This document shows, one piece after another, positions 29,892-38,980 of a stretch of DNA of 64,000 nt. Source of the DNA: Acidobacteriota bacterium (GTDB lineage: Bacteria; Acidobacteriota; Vicinamibacteria; Fen-336); NCBI GenBank assembly GCA_022340585.1, contig JAJDNS010000132.1, positions 7,967 through 71,966 of the forward strand, given 5' to 3'. Under the pieces are notes generated by a model. The model saw only the letters and a program-made list of their open reading frames with translations. It had not been told where the DNA came from and ran no database searches. Numbering within the stretch: position 1 is the stretch's first letter; each line of letters opens with the position of its first letter. A program made the translations under genes and the position numbers.

Positions 29892-31390
29892 GCGGCGACG
29901 CCCCCAACCCGGCACCTGCTCGGTCGGCCCCGGAGAAGGGGCCGGTCCGCGTCGACTTCGAGTTCCGCCGCGAGCTGGCCCGGAAGGTCGAGGGCAACCT
30001 CGCCAGCTTCTGCTACCAGTGCGGCGCGTGCGTGGGCGACTGCCCCGCCGCGACCTACTCCGACCGATTCAACCCCCGGGAGATCATGCTCGAGGTCCTC
30101 TACGGCCTCGGGGACGAGCTCATCAAGGAGGACTCGGTCCTCTGGCTCTGCACCAACTGCTACAACTGCCACGAGCGCTGCCCCCAGGAGGTGAAGCCGG
30201 TCGAGGTGATCATCTCCCTGAAGAACATGCTGGCCGACCGGGGGATCCTGCCGGAGGCAGCGAAGCGGATCACCCACACCTTCGAGACCACAGGTCGGAC
30301 CACGCCCGGCGGGCCGGCGGTGGACAAGCAGCGCGCACGCTTCGGGCTCCCTCCCCTCGCCCCGGTCCCGGTCGAGGAGATCCAGGCCCTGCTGAAGCCG
30401 GACGCCGAGGTGCCCGAGCCTCCCGAGAGGCCGGCGCCCGAGAGAGCGGTGAGGCCGGCCCCCGCCCGCAAGGATCAGAAGCGCTTCGCCTTCTTCCCCG
30501 GCTGCCTCATCCCCGCCCGGCACCCGGCCATGGAGTCCGCCATCCGAAAGACGCTCACCAATCTGGGGATCGAGATCGCCGACCTGGAGGGCGCTTCGTG
30601 CTGCCCCGACCCCATCTACTTCAAGTCGAAGGACAAGCTGGACTGGCTCTCGGTGGCCGCCCGCAACCTCACCCTGGCCGAGGAGCAGGGCCTGGACATC
30701 TTCACCAACTGCTCCGGCTGCACCGCCACGCTCTCGGAGACCCGCCACCTCCTTGAGGACGAGGAGCTCAAGGGGCGGGTGAACGGCCGCCTCCAGCGGA
30801 TCGGCCGGCACTACGACGGCACCACGCGGATCAAGCACGTGGCCGTGCTCCTCCGGGACGAGATCGGCTACGAGGCAATCCGGAAATCGGTGAAGCGACC
30901 CCTGACCGGACTCAAGGTCGCCATCCACTACGGCTGCCACCTCCTCAAGCCCAGCCGCATCATGCAGGTGGACGACCCCAACAACCCCGAGGTCCTGGAG
31001 AAGCTCGTCGAGGCCCTCGGCGCCACGCCGGTCCGCCACAGCAACTGGTACCTGTGCTGCGGTAAGGCCTGCCAGGATGAGAACGTGCCCATGGACATGA
31101 TGCACGACCTCCTCGGGGCAGTACACAAGGAGGAAGCGGAGCTTCTCTGTCTCATCTGCCCGACCTGCTTCGGGCAGTTCGACCACGGCCAGGCCAAGGT
31201 GGCCAAACGATTCGAGGAGGACTTCCACACCCCGGCCATCTACTACCTGCAGCTTCTCGCGTTCGCCCAGGGCGTCCCCTACGACGAGCTGGGCCTGGAG
31301 CGCCAGCGCTTCAAGGTGGAGTGCCTGAAGCGCTTCGAGAACGAGGACGACGAAGCCCCGGCCGCTTCCAGGAAGCAGCCCTCCGCCTGA
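29888..31390 (+). CDS. hdrB: HdrC-HdrB fusion (heterodisulfide reductase-like catalytic subunit)
   Basis: CYQCGACVGDCP, CTNCYNCHERCP; Pro-rich linker; FFPGC, SCCP, CSGC, HYGCHLLKP, CCG, CPTCFGQFD. Confidence 0.88.
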   Translation: MSGDAPNPAPARSAPEKGPVRVDFEFRRELARKVEGNLASFCYQCGACVGDCPAATYSDRFNPREIMLEVLYGLGDELIKEDSVLWLCTNCYNCHERCPQEVKPVEVIISLKNMLADRGILPEAAKRITHTFETTGRTTPGGPAVDKQRARFGLPPLAPVPVEEIQALLKPDAEVPEPPERPAPERAVRPAPARKDQKRFAFFPGCLIPARHPAMESAIRKTLTNLGIEIADLEGASCCPDPIYFKSKDKLDWLSVAARNLTLAEEQGLDIFTNCSGCTATLSETRHLLEDEELKGRVNGRLQRIGRHYDGTTRIKHVAVLLRDEIGYEAIRKSVKRPLTGLKVAIHYGCHLLKPSRIMQVDDPNNPEVLEKLVEALGATPVRHSNWYLCCGKACQDENVPMDMMHDLLGAVHKEEAELLCLICPTCFGQFDHGQAKVAKRFEEDFHTPAIYYLQLLAFAQGVPYDELGLERQRFKVECLKRFENEDDEAPAASRKQPSA

Positions 31391-31566
31391 GCCCCCGGGG
31401 GCGATCGACCGAGGCTCGCGGGCAACGCCGCTTCGCGTGGCGAGCCTCCAGGAATGCGATGTCCTCGGCGTCTCCTGGCGAAGAGCGGGTCTCGGAGGGC
31501 GAGGGCGGTGTGTGCTCCCGGGCGTCGAGCCGGTTCCCGGTCCCTGCGCTGAGGAGGGTCGGCCCC

Positions 31567-31582
31567 TGTGACCCAGGGCACA
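31567..31582 (+). promoter_or_regulatory. Possible CRP/FNR-family binding site
   Basis: TGTGA-N6-GCACA, one mismatch from TGTGA-N6-TCACA. Confidence 0.35.
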
Positions 31583-31672
31583 GCTGATCTGCACGGGCTC
31601 GTTAAGAATCGTGTTGCTCTGACTGTGCCGCGACCAGCCGGTCGCGTGCGTCCCTGGAATGGAGGAGGCCCG

Positions 31673-34600
31673 ATGAGCGGTCCGCGTTTCGTGCACCGGT
31701 TCCCTCGTATCCGTCGATCACGATCGCGATCCGACAGGGTCCTGGGCTTCGTTCCCGCTCTCCTGCTCGTCCTGCTCGGCGGGGCGACCAGTCAGGCTCA
31801 GGCCGCGAAGCTCGTCGAGGTCAGCGCCCTCGACAGGGACTACCTGGTCGTCCACCTGTCCGACGGCGATGTGACCCACGACGAAGGCGGCACCGGGGAG
31901 ACGATCGTCCGGTACACCCCGGAACTCGACACCGCCGCCGCGTCCCAGACCGGCAGCTGGACGATCAAGTCGGCGGCGGACGCCAGCTACGGCACCGCGG
32001 GACAGCACCCCCAGGGCTGCCATCGCAAGAAGAAGCTGAGCGGCCATGCCCAGATGGGGTGGTCCGGCAGCGACTTCCACTATGAGTACACCTACGAGCA
32101 CTGGCTCTACCTCAGGCTGCCCAGCTCCCTCAAGCAGGGCCTGACCTACACGCTCGAGATCGCCTCGGCCACGAACATCGAGAGCACCTCCGCATCGTTC
32201 ACCTTCGACGTCTTCCACAGCCGCTCCGAAGCCGTGCACGTGAACCTCGTTGGCTACGCCGCGGACGCGGCTCACAAGGCCGCCGATCTCTACCACTGGA
32301 TGGGCGACGGCGGCGCCCGCGACTACTCCACCTTCGAAGGCAACACCGTGTACCTCCTTGACGTCGACAGCGGGGAGGCCTACCCGGCGGGGCTCGTGAG
32401 CTTCTGGACGCCCGGCGGTAGCGATGTCGGCTGGTACGACCTCACAGGCTCAGACGTCTGGAACGTGGATTTCCCCGACTTCGCCAATGCCGGCATCTAC
32501 CGACTGGTCGTCGAGGGCGTCGGCTGCAGCGGGGACTTCGAGATCAGGAACGACGTCTATGCCGTCCCGTACGAGGTCGCGGTGCGCGGCTACTTCTACA
32601 TGAGGATCGGAGAGGACAACCCCACCGGCATCTCGCCAGCCCCACGAACTCCCCGCTACGTCCCGGGGGTCAGCCCGGCCTCGACCACGGTGTACCTGAC
32701 GACGATGCAGCCCTGGCATCCCGAGTGGAAGACCTTCTCGGGAGGTGACGTGTGGGACAGGCCCGACGACTGGGCGGCCTACCGCAAGGCCGGCAACCCG
32801 ACCAACCCCAGTGCCTGGGGAGGGCACTCCGACGCCGCCGACTGGGACCGCCATCTGGGCCACGTCGCGAACATCTACGACCTCCTGCTGCCCTTCCTCA
32901 TGACGAACGGCGCGATCAGCGACGACGACACGGGGATCGCGGAGAGCGGCAACGGAATACCCGACATCCTGGACGAGGCCCGCTACGAGGTGGACTTCTG
33001 GCTTCGACTGCGTGACGGAGAGGGCTACTCCCACGGCCTGACCAACCCCAACGACAGCAACGAGATGTTCCAGGCCGGGCCGACGGCCATCGCCGCCTGG
33101 GCCAATGCCGCGAATGCCGCCATGCTCGCCGACGCGTTCCGCGTCGCCGGCCTGACCACTCTCATGGACGAGTACGAGGGCGCGGCTGCCACTGCCTACG
33201 ACTACGCCGATGGCCTTGGGAATCCCATGCTCGACGAGGGCCTGGAGCTCGACGATGGCACCCTGAGGGGCCGGGATCTCAAGATGACCGCGGCCGCCTT
33301 CCTGTACAACCTGACCGGCGCGCCGGCGTACGAGGAAGTGCTCGAGGCGGAGAGCGTCTGCTCCGGCGCACCAGCGACGCTGAAGAGCAGCAGCCGAAAC
33401 CAGATCTACGGATCTGCGGCCTACCTGGTCACGCCCCAGTCAGTCCACTACCCCACGCTGCAGGCCAACATGAAGACGGCGATCCTCAACGAGGCCAGGA
33501 GCGAAGAGGCCGATCAAGCCGTCAGCCGACCCTCCCGGCGCGCGACCGACCAGACCTCCTCCTACTTCCACACCGCCCAGAACGTGCAGCGCACCATCGT
33601 CGCCCACGCCGTGGCCGATGACCCTTCCGACCGCGACTTCTTCCGCAAGGCCCTCACCCTCGAGGCCGACTGGGGTCTGGGCCGGAACCCCTTGAACATG
33701 ATACAGATGACGACGGCCTTCACGCCGCTCGAGTCCAAGCGCAGCGTCCCGGAGGCCTACACCTCGGGGATGGATGACGGGGTGGCAGGCGTTCACCCGG
33801 GGCACACGCCGTACATGAACCTCGACGACTGGGCCCCCGGAATGACCATGGGAAGGCCGTCAGCGTTGTACGAGAACAGCTACCCGACGAACGTCCCCTC
33901 CACCTGGCCCATAGGGGAGGCGTACTTCCCCTCGCGCTGGGTCTGGGCGCACAACGAGTTCACGCCGCGGCAGACCATGCGCGGGAAGATGGCATTGTAC
34001 GGATACCTCCATGGGCTCGCCGCAACCACGCTGCCCGCCAATCCCTCCCTCACGGTCGGCAGGACCGGCAACGGGAGCGGCACGGTGACATCGTCACCGC
34101 CCGGCATCGACTGTGGCAGCGACTGCAGCGAGGAGCACGCCCCCGGAACGAGTGTGACCCTCACGGCGACGGCCGACAGCGAGTCGGTGTTTGGCGGCTG
34201 GGGCGGGGCCTGCTCCGGGACGGACAGCTGCGACGTGGTCGTGGACACCGCCACGTCGGTGACGGCCGCGTTCAACACGAGCGCCTACACGCTGGGCGTC
34301 GACGACGTCTCCGTCATGGAAACCGATGCGGGCGGGACCGCGCTCGCGTTCACGGTGACGCTCACCGCCAGCACGCTCCCGGACACGTACACCCTGAGCG
34401 TCTCCACATCGGGCTCGGGCCGGGGCACGGTGACCGCCTCCCCGGCCGGCATCAGCTGCGGGAGCGATTGCCACGAGGTCTACGATGCCGCGACGACCGT
34501 GACGTTGACGCCCTCGGTGGCCAGTGGCTCCACGTTCGCGGGCTGGAGCGGAGACTGCGCGGGTTTCGGCGAGTGCACGGTCACAATGAGCGCGGCGCGG

Positions 34601-35644
34601 TCCGTGACTGCGACGTTCGACGGGCCGGCGACGGTGCCCGGCGGCCTGCGCTGGGTCGGGCGCGTGGATGCCACCGACCCCGGCGCCGTCCGCTTCGCGT
34701 GGCAGGGCGCGGGCTTTGTCGCCGCCATGGCTGGTCCCACCGTGAGCGTGAACCTGCGGACGAGCGGGGCGACGACGGTGTTCTTCCAGCCGGTGGTCGA
34801 CGGCCTCCCCGGCGATCGCTTCGAGGTGACACAGGGCGGCGTCCAGACGGTGACTCTGGCGAGCGGGCTGTCCTCGGGTGACCACGTGATCGAGCTGTAC
34901 CGCGAGACCGAGGGCATGTACGGTGTGAGCACGTTCCTGGGCTTCGCCGAGGGCACGGTCACCGGGGCGCCGGCGACCAGCGGACGGATCGTGGAGGTCG
35001 TGGGCGACTCGATAAGCGCCGGATACGGCAACCTGGGTGTCGAGCCGCACCCGGGCTGGGTCGCGAACCCCGCCTGCCACTGGACCGCGGATAACTCTTC
35101 CTGGTTCCAGACCTACGCGGCGGTCGCGGGCCGCGCGTTCGGCGCCGACGTCTCGACCGTTGCGCGTTCCGGCTGGGGCATGTCGCGGGATCGCGACGGC
35201 AGCACGAGCGGCGTGCTCTCCTCGGTGTACGGGAACGCCGTCGGCACCGAGGACACCACGCCCTGGAGCTTCGCGCCGGAGGCCAGCGTCGTGATCGTCA
35301 ACCTGGGCACGAACGACATCAGTCCAGGCGACCCCGGGACGGCCTACGAGACCGCGTACATCAGCTTCCTGCAGGACGTGCGCAGCCGGTACCCGGAGGC
35401 GTGGATCTTCGCGACCATCGGGTCGATGCTCGGCGGCTCCGAGCTCGACACCATCAACGCCCACCTGGCGAACGTGGTGGCGGCACTGGGCGACGACAGG
35501 GTCGTCACCTTCGACCTCGGGACGCAGGAGATGGGTTCGAACGGGGAGATTCCCACGGGCTGCGACTGGCACCCCAACGTCGTCGACAACGCGCGCATGG
35601 CCGAGATCATCAAGGCGCGGCTCCAGACCCACCTGGGCTGGTGA
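31673..35644 (+). CDS. Secreted multidomain CAZyme: Ig-like + GH9-like catalytic domain, two InlB-B-like repeats, CE2-like SGNH esterase
   Basis: VHVNLVGY, GGHSDAADWD, ESGNGIPDILDEA, LGRNP, HNEFT; GSGTVTSSPPGIDCG-type repeat twice; VVGDSISAGYG, NLGTND, CDWHP. Confidence 0.8.
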   Translation: MSGPRFVHRFPRIRRSRSRSDRVLGFVPALLLVLLGGATSQAQAAKLVEVSALDRDYLVVHLSDGDVTHDEGGTGETIVRYTPELDTAAASQTGSWTIKSAADASYGTAGQHPQGCHRKKKLSGHAQMGWSGSDFHYEYTYEHWLYLRLPSSLKQGLTYTLEIASATNIESTSASFTFDVFHSRSEAVHVNLVGYAADAAHKAADLYHWMGDGGARDYSTFEGNTVYLLDVDSGEAYPAGLVSFWTPGGSDVGWYDLTGSDVWNVDFPDFANAGIYRLVVEGVGCSGDFEIRNDVYAVPYEVAVRGYFYMRIGEDNPTGISPAPRTPRYVPGVSPASTTVYLTTMQPWHPEWKTFSGGDVWDRPDDWAAYRKAGNPTNPSAWGGHSDAADWDRHLGHVANIYDLLLPFLMTNGAISDDDTGIAESGNGIPDILDEARYEVDFWLRLRDGEGYSHGLTNPNDSNEMFQAGPTAIAAWANAANAAMLADAFRVAGLTTLMDEYEGAAATAYDYADGLGNPMLDEGLELDDGTLRGRDLKMTAAAFLYNLTGAPAYEEVLEAESVCSGAPATLKSSSRNQIYGSAAYLVTPQSVHYPTLQANMKTAILNEARSEEADQAVSRPSRRATDQTSSYFHTAQNVQRTIVAHAVADDPSDRDFFRKALTLEADWGLGRNPLNMIQMTTAFTPLESKRSVPEAYTSGMDDGVAGVHPGHTPYMNLDDWAPGMTMGRPSALYENSYPTNVPSTWPIGEAYFPSRWVWAHNEFTPRQTMRGKMALYGYLHGLAATTLPANPSLTVGRTGNGSGTVTSSPPGIDCGSDCSEEHAPGTSVTLTATADSESVFGGWGGACSGTDSCDVVVDTATSVTAAFNTSAYTLGVDDVSVMETDAGGTALAFTVTLTASTLPDTYTLSVSTSGSGRGTVTASPAGISCGSDCHEVYDAATTVTLTPSVASGSTFAGWSGDCAGFGECTVTMSAARSVTATFDGPATVPGGLRWVGRVDATDPGAVRFAWQGAGFVAAMAGPTVSVNLRTSGATTVFFQPVVDGLPGDRFEVTQGGVQTVTLASGLSSGDHVIELYRETEGMYGVSTFLGFAEGTVTGAPATSGRIVEVVGDSISAGYGNLGVEPHPGWVANPACHWTADNSSWFQTYAAVAGRAFGADVSTVARSGWGMSRDRDGSTSGVLSSVYGNAVGTEDTTPWSFAPEASVVIVNLGTNDISPGDPGTAYETAYISFLQDVRSRYPEAWIFATIGSMLGGSELDTINAHLANVVAALGDDRVVTFDLGTQEMGSNGEIPTGCDWHPNVVDNARMAEIIKARLQTHLGW

Positions 35645-35845
35645 CGCCACCCGCGCCATTCGCCGCCCTCGAGGTGCCGCTCCATCCAGCCGAGGGCCCG
35701 CGTCAAGGCGTCCACCTGGTGCGCACGCTCCCCTCGCCGGACCAGGCGGATCGAAGGCCGACTGGAAGACGTGCGCCGGGATCCCGGCGGCCCGCTCCTG
35801 GTCACGCAGGTCGCGAGAGGATCCCGGTGGTGCTAGGCTCCGACG

Positions 35846-37396
35846 GTGCGAGTCGCCCCTCCTTCTCCCTCCTTCAGGCAGTGGGCCATCGTCGTGATGG
35901 TCTGCACCCTGGGATGTTCTGCCCTCGGGCTGATGGGGGGACGGCAGCGGAACGCCGACCTCCTCAACTACCACCTCTACAACGGATACGCCTTTCTCGA
36001 GGGACGTCTCGACCAGGACCTGGCGCCGGCAGGGCCGTACACGTATCTGAATCCACTCCTCGACGCGGTTCACTACCTCGGCTACCGTCACGTCAAGCCG
36101 ATCGTTTTCGTCGCCCTGCTCGCCGCCCTGCAGGGTCTCAACGTCGTGCTTGTATGGGCCATCGCCCGCCGAGTCCTCGGTGCGCACCGCCCCTGGCTGG
36201 CGGCCCTGGCAACCCTGCTCGCCGCTACGGGGCAGAACGCGGTTTCCCTTCTGGGAACACCATTCGGCGACAACACCGTATCGATTCCCGCCCTCGGGGC
36301 CCTTCTCCTCCTGATGGGTGCAAACCGGCCGGGATACCGCCGAGTCTTCCTGGCCGCGGTGGCCGGGAGTGCCGCGGTCGGCCTGAAGCTCACCATGGCC
36401 GCCCCACACCTGGGGCTCGGCGCTCTGGTGGCGTGGATGGCCTGGCGGCAGCGGCGCCCCGGCCTGCTGGTCGCCTTTGGGCTGGGCAGCGCAGTCGGAT
36501 GGGGTCTGATGAACGGCTGGTGGGCCCTTCAGCTGTGGCGTCGGTTCGGCAACCCCTTCTTTCCCGTCCTGAACGGCTTCTTCCGCTCGCCCTTCTCCGT
36601 CACGGGCTGGCTCGCGGACCCTCGCTGGCCGCCACGCGAGATCCTGGACTGGCTGCGCCCTCCGCTCGATGCAGCCCTCGGCGTTTCTCACCGACTCCAG
36701 GAGGTCGGATTCCGGGACCCGCGCTTCCTCCTGGCGTTCCTCGCGTTCGTCCCCTTGGGCCTGCGGTCGCTGCACAGGACTCCAACGGCGGGCGGGGTCG
36801 CCGACTCGCCATGGCCTTCGGCCCGGGACCTCGGCATCTTCTGGTTGACGGCGTACGGAGCCTGGCTGGCCGTCTTCCACTACTACCGCTACGCCACGGT
36901 TCTGGAGCTGCTGGCACCGGTCCTTGCCCTGGCCCTGCTCGCCGAGGCGTGGCCCCGGCGGATCGCCGCAGTCGCTCCGGCGTTGGCGCTGGTCGTACTG
37001 CTGACCACCAGCGTGAGCCGATGGGCGCCGGACCGGGGGTGGCGCCCGGAATGGTTCCACCCTCGCCTACCAGCCGCCGCCAGCGAGCCCGGTCAACTGG
37101 TCCTCCTTCTCGACGCGACCACGAGCTTCGCCGTCCCCTTCTTTCCGCGGGAAACCACCTTCGTGGACCTGGCCTACCGCGCCGGGCACGGCCCTGCCAT
37201 GCGGCAGGCGATCGCCGAGCGCCTGCTCCTCCACGAGGGACCACTCCGGGCCCTCCAGCGGCAGCCCGCACACGGGGAGACTCTCGGAGATTACGGCCTG
37301 GCGGTGGTCGACGGAACCTGTGCAGCCGTCCGTCTCGGCCCCACCGGGGGCCCTCTCCAGCTGTGCCGCCTGTGTCGCACGCCACCTCCGCCGTAG
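35846..37396 (+). CDS. Polytopic membrane protein, GT-C (GT87/DUF2029-like) glycosyltransferase
   Basis: DLLNYHLYN, GLKLT, FGNPFFP, YYRY; extended -10 directly upstream. Confidence 0.65.
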   Translation: MRVAPPSPSFRQWAIVVMVCTLGCSALGLMGGRQRNADLLNYHLYNGYAFLEGRLDQDLAPAGPYTYLNPLLDAVHYLGYRHVKPIVFVALLAALQGLNVVLVWAIARRVLGAHRPWLAALATLLAATGQNAVSLLGTPFGDNTVSIPALGALLLLMGANRPGYRRVFLAAVAGSAAVGLKLTMAAPHLGLGALVAWMAWRQRRPGLLVAFGLGSAVGWGLMNGWWALQLWRRFGNPFFPVLNGFFRSPFSVTGWLADPRWPPREILDWLRPPLDAALGVSHRLQEVGFRDPRFLLAFLAFVPLGLRSLHRTPTAGGVADSPWPSARDLGIFWLTAYGAWLAVFHYYRYATVLELLAPVLALALLAEAWPRRIAAVAPALALVVLLTTSVSRWAPDRGWRPEWFHPRLPAAASEPGQLVLLLDATTSFAVPFFPRETTFVDLAYRAGHGPAMRQAIAERLLLHEGPLRALQRQPAHGETLGDYGLAVVDGTCAAVRLGPTGGPLQLCRLCRTPPPP

Positions 37397-37411
37397 GGAG
37401 TCGCGTGGGGA

Positions 37412-38980
37412 TCAGGAAGCCTCCCTGCCCGCGATCTCGTCGCGCAGGGCCGCCGGAACGTTGAGGATGGGAAGCAGAACCGTGAACGTGGTGCCCTCGC
37501 CCTCCCGGCTGCTCACCCGGATGTCGCCCCCGTGGCTCCGGGCGATGCCCAGCGAGACGGAAAGGCCGAGCCCGGTGCCCCTCCCGGTCGACTTCGTGGT
37601 GAAGAACGGGTCGAAGATGGACTGGAGGATGTGCTCCGGGATGCCCGACCCGCTGTCGGTGACGTGGACCGCCAGGAACCCTCCCTCGACCTCGGTGTCA
37701 CTCGAGATGTGGAGGGAGCCTCCCTCCGGCATTGCGTCGACCGCGTTGAGGACCAGGTTCACGAAGATCTGGCTGAGGTACTGGCGGTCGCCGTTCACGG
37801 GCGGAAGGTTCTCGGCGAGGTCGACGCTGGACTTGACCTTCGAGAGCTTCAGCTGGTTCGCGACGAGAGCGAGGGACTCGGCCACGATGTCCCGGACGTC
37901 CAGGTGGCCCATCTCCATCTCGCCCTCGCGGGCGAAATCCAGCAGGTTGCGCACGATCTTGCGGGACCTTTCTGCCTGCTCCTCCAGGTCCGCGATCATG
38001 TCCAGACGCTCCTCGTCGGAAAGCGTGCGGTAGTCCTCTTCGAGCATGGCCGCCGTCAGCATGATGTTGTTGATGGGGTTGTTGAGCTCATGGGCCACAC
38101 CGGCGGTCAGGCGCCCCACCGCCCGCAGCTTGTGGGACTGGACCATGACCTGGTGGCGGTGCTCCACCTCGCGGGTCATGTGGTTGAGGGCCACCACGAG
38201 GTTCGTGAACTCGTCCCGGTACTTGCGCACCGGGCTGATCGACAGGTCCCCCTCTCCGATCCGCTTCGTGAGCTCCATGAGCCGGTTCAGCCGCTGGATG
38301 ATGTGCCGCGAGAGAAAGTCGGCGCTGTAGACCGAGAGCAGCAGGATACCCAGGAGCAGCGCCACCGGGACGCCCTTGCTGACCCGAAGCAAGGTGCGCA
38401 CGGTATTGCGCTCCCTCTGGGCGAGCTCCAGGGCCGACGAGACGAGCTCCGCCCCGTGGGTCCGGAGCGTCGCCTCGATCTCGGCTCGCCGCGCCGCGCC
38501 CTCCTCCGAGTTCGTGCCATCGACGGACCGCAGCTGCACCATGAGCTCGCGGTACACCCGCAGATGCTCCTCCAGCCTCTCGAAGGAGGTCAGCCCCACG
38601 ATCGCCCCGAACTCCGTCTTCGAGGACGAGAGGTGGCCATCGGCGGTTTCGATGTGGAGGAGGACGTCCTCGAGGTTCGTCCCGTAGAGGAAGTAGTTCT
38701 TCTCGAACCTTCGGGCCTGCAGGATCTCGTTGTTGAACTGGTCGGCGATCTCGATGAACTGCAGGCGTGTCTGGAGGCGCGAGAGGATCACCCACGTTCC
38801 GATCGCGGTTCCCGCGCTGAGTACGAAGAAGAGCAGGAAGACGAGGGCCAGACGCGCCCGGATGCTGAAGCCCGGGCGCTCCAGCAGCGCCTTGTCGACC
38901 TTGAGGGTCAGGTCCTCGTCCGCGCTCGCCAGTCCCAGGGAGTTCACCCCGTCCAGCCCTGTGGGCCCATCGTTCTGCAT
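37412..38980 (-). CDS. Membrane sensor histidine kinase (HAMP-HisKA-HATPase)
   Basis: AGVAHELNNP, NLVLNAVDAM, DSGSGI, FDPFFTTK, GTGLGLS; TGATG overlap. Confidence 0.92.
   Translation of the reverse strand: MQNDGPTGLDGVNSLGLASADEDLTLKVDKALLERPGFSIRARLALVFLLFFVLSAGTAIGTWVILSRLQTRLQFIEIADQFNNEILQARRFEKNYFLYGTNLEDVLLHIETADGHLSSSKTEFGAIVGLTSFERLEEHLRVYRELMVQLRSVDGTNSEEGAARRAEIEATLRTHGAELVSSALELAQRERNTVRTLLRVSKGVPVALLLGILLLSVYSADFLSRHIIQRLNRLMELTKRIGEGDLSISPVRKYRDEFTNLVVALNHMTREVEHRHQVMVQSHKLRAVGRLTAGVAHELNNPINNIMLTAAMLEEDYRTLSDEERLDMIADLEEQAERSRKIVRNLLDFAREGEMEMGHLDVRDIVAESLALVANQLKLSKVKSSVDLAENLPPVNGDRQYLSQIFVNLVLNAVDAMPEGGSLHISSDTEVEGGFLAVHVTDSGSGIPEHILQSIFDPFFTTKSTGRGTGLGLSVSLGIARSHGGDIRVSSREGEGTTFTVLLPILNVPAALRDEIAGREAS

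Noticed and set aside
27144-29915. 923-aa minus-strand ORF (likewise 22351-24462, 29864-31696, 34094-37060, 8765-11254, 58411-60909)
   Set aside because: Shadow ORFs opposite well-supported genes
31391-31480. Hairpins after hdrB (and at 52730-52774, 56151-56187) as intrinsic terminators
   Set aside because: Inverted repeats are present but lack U-tracts; function unsupported
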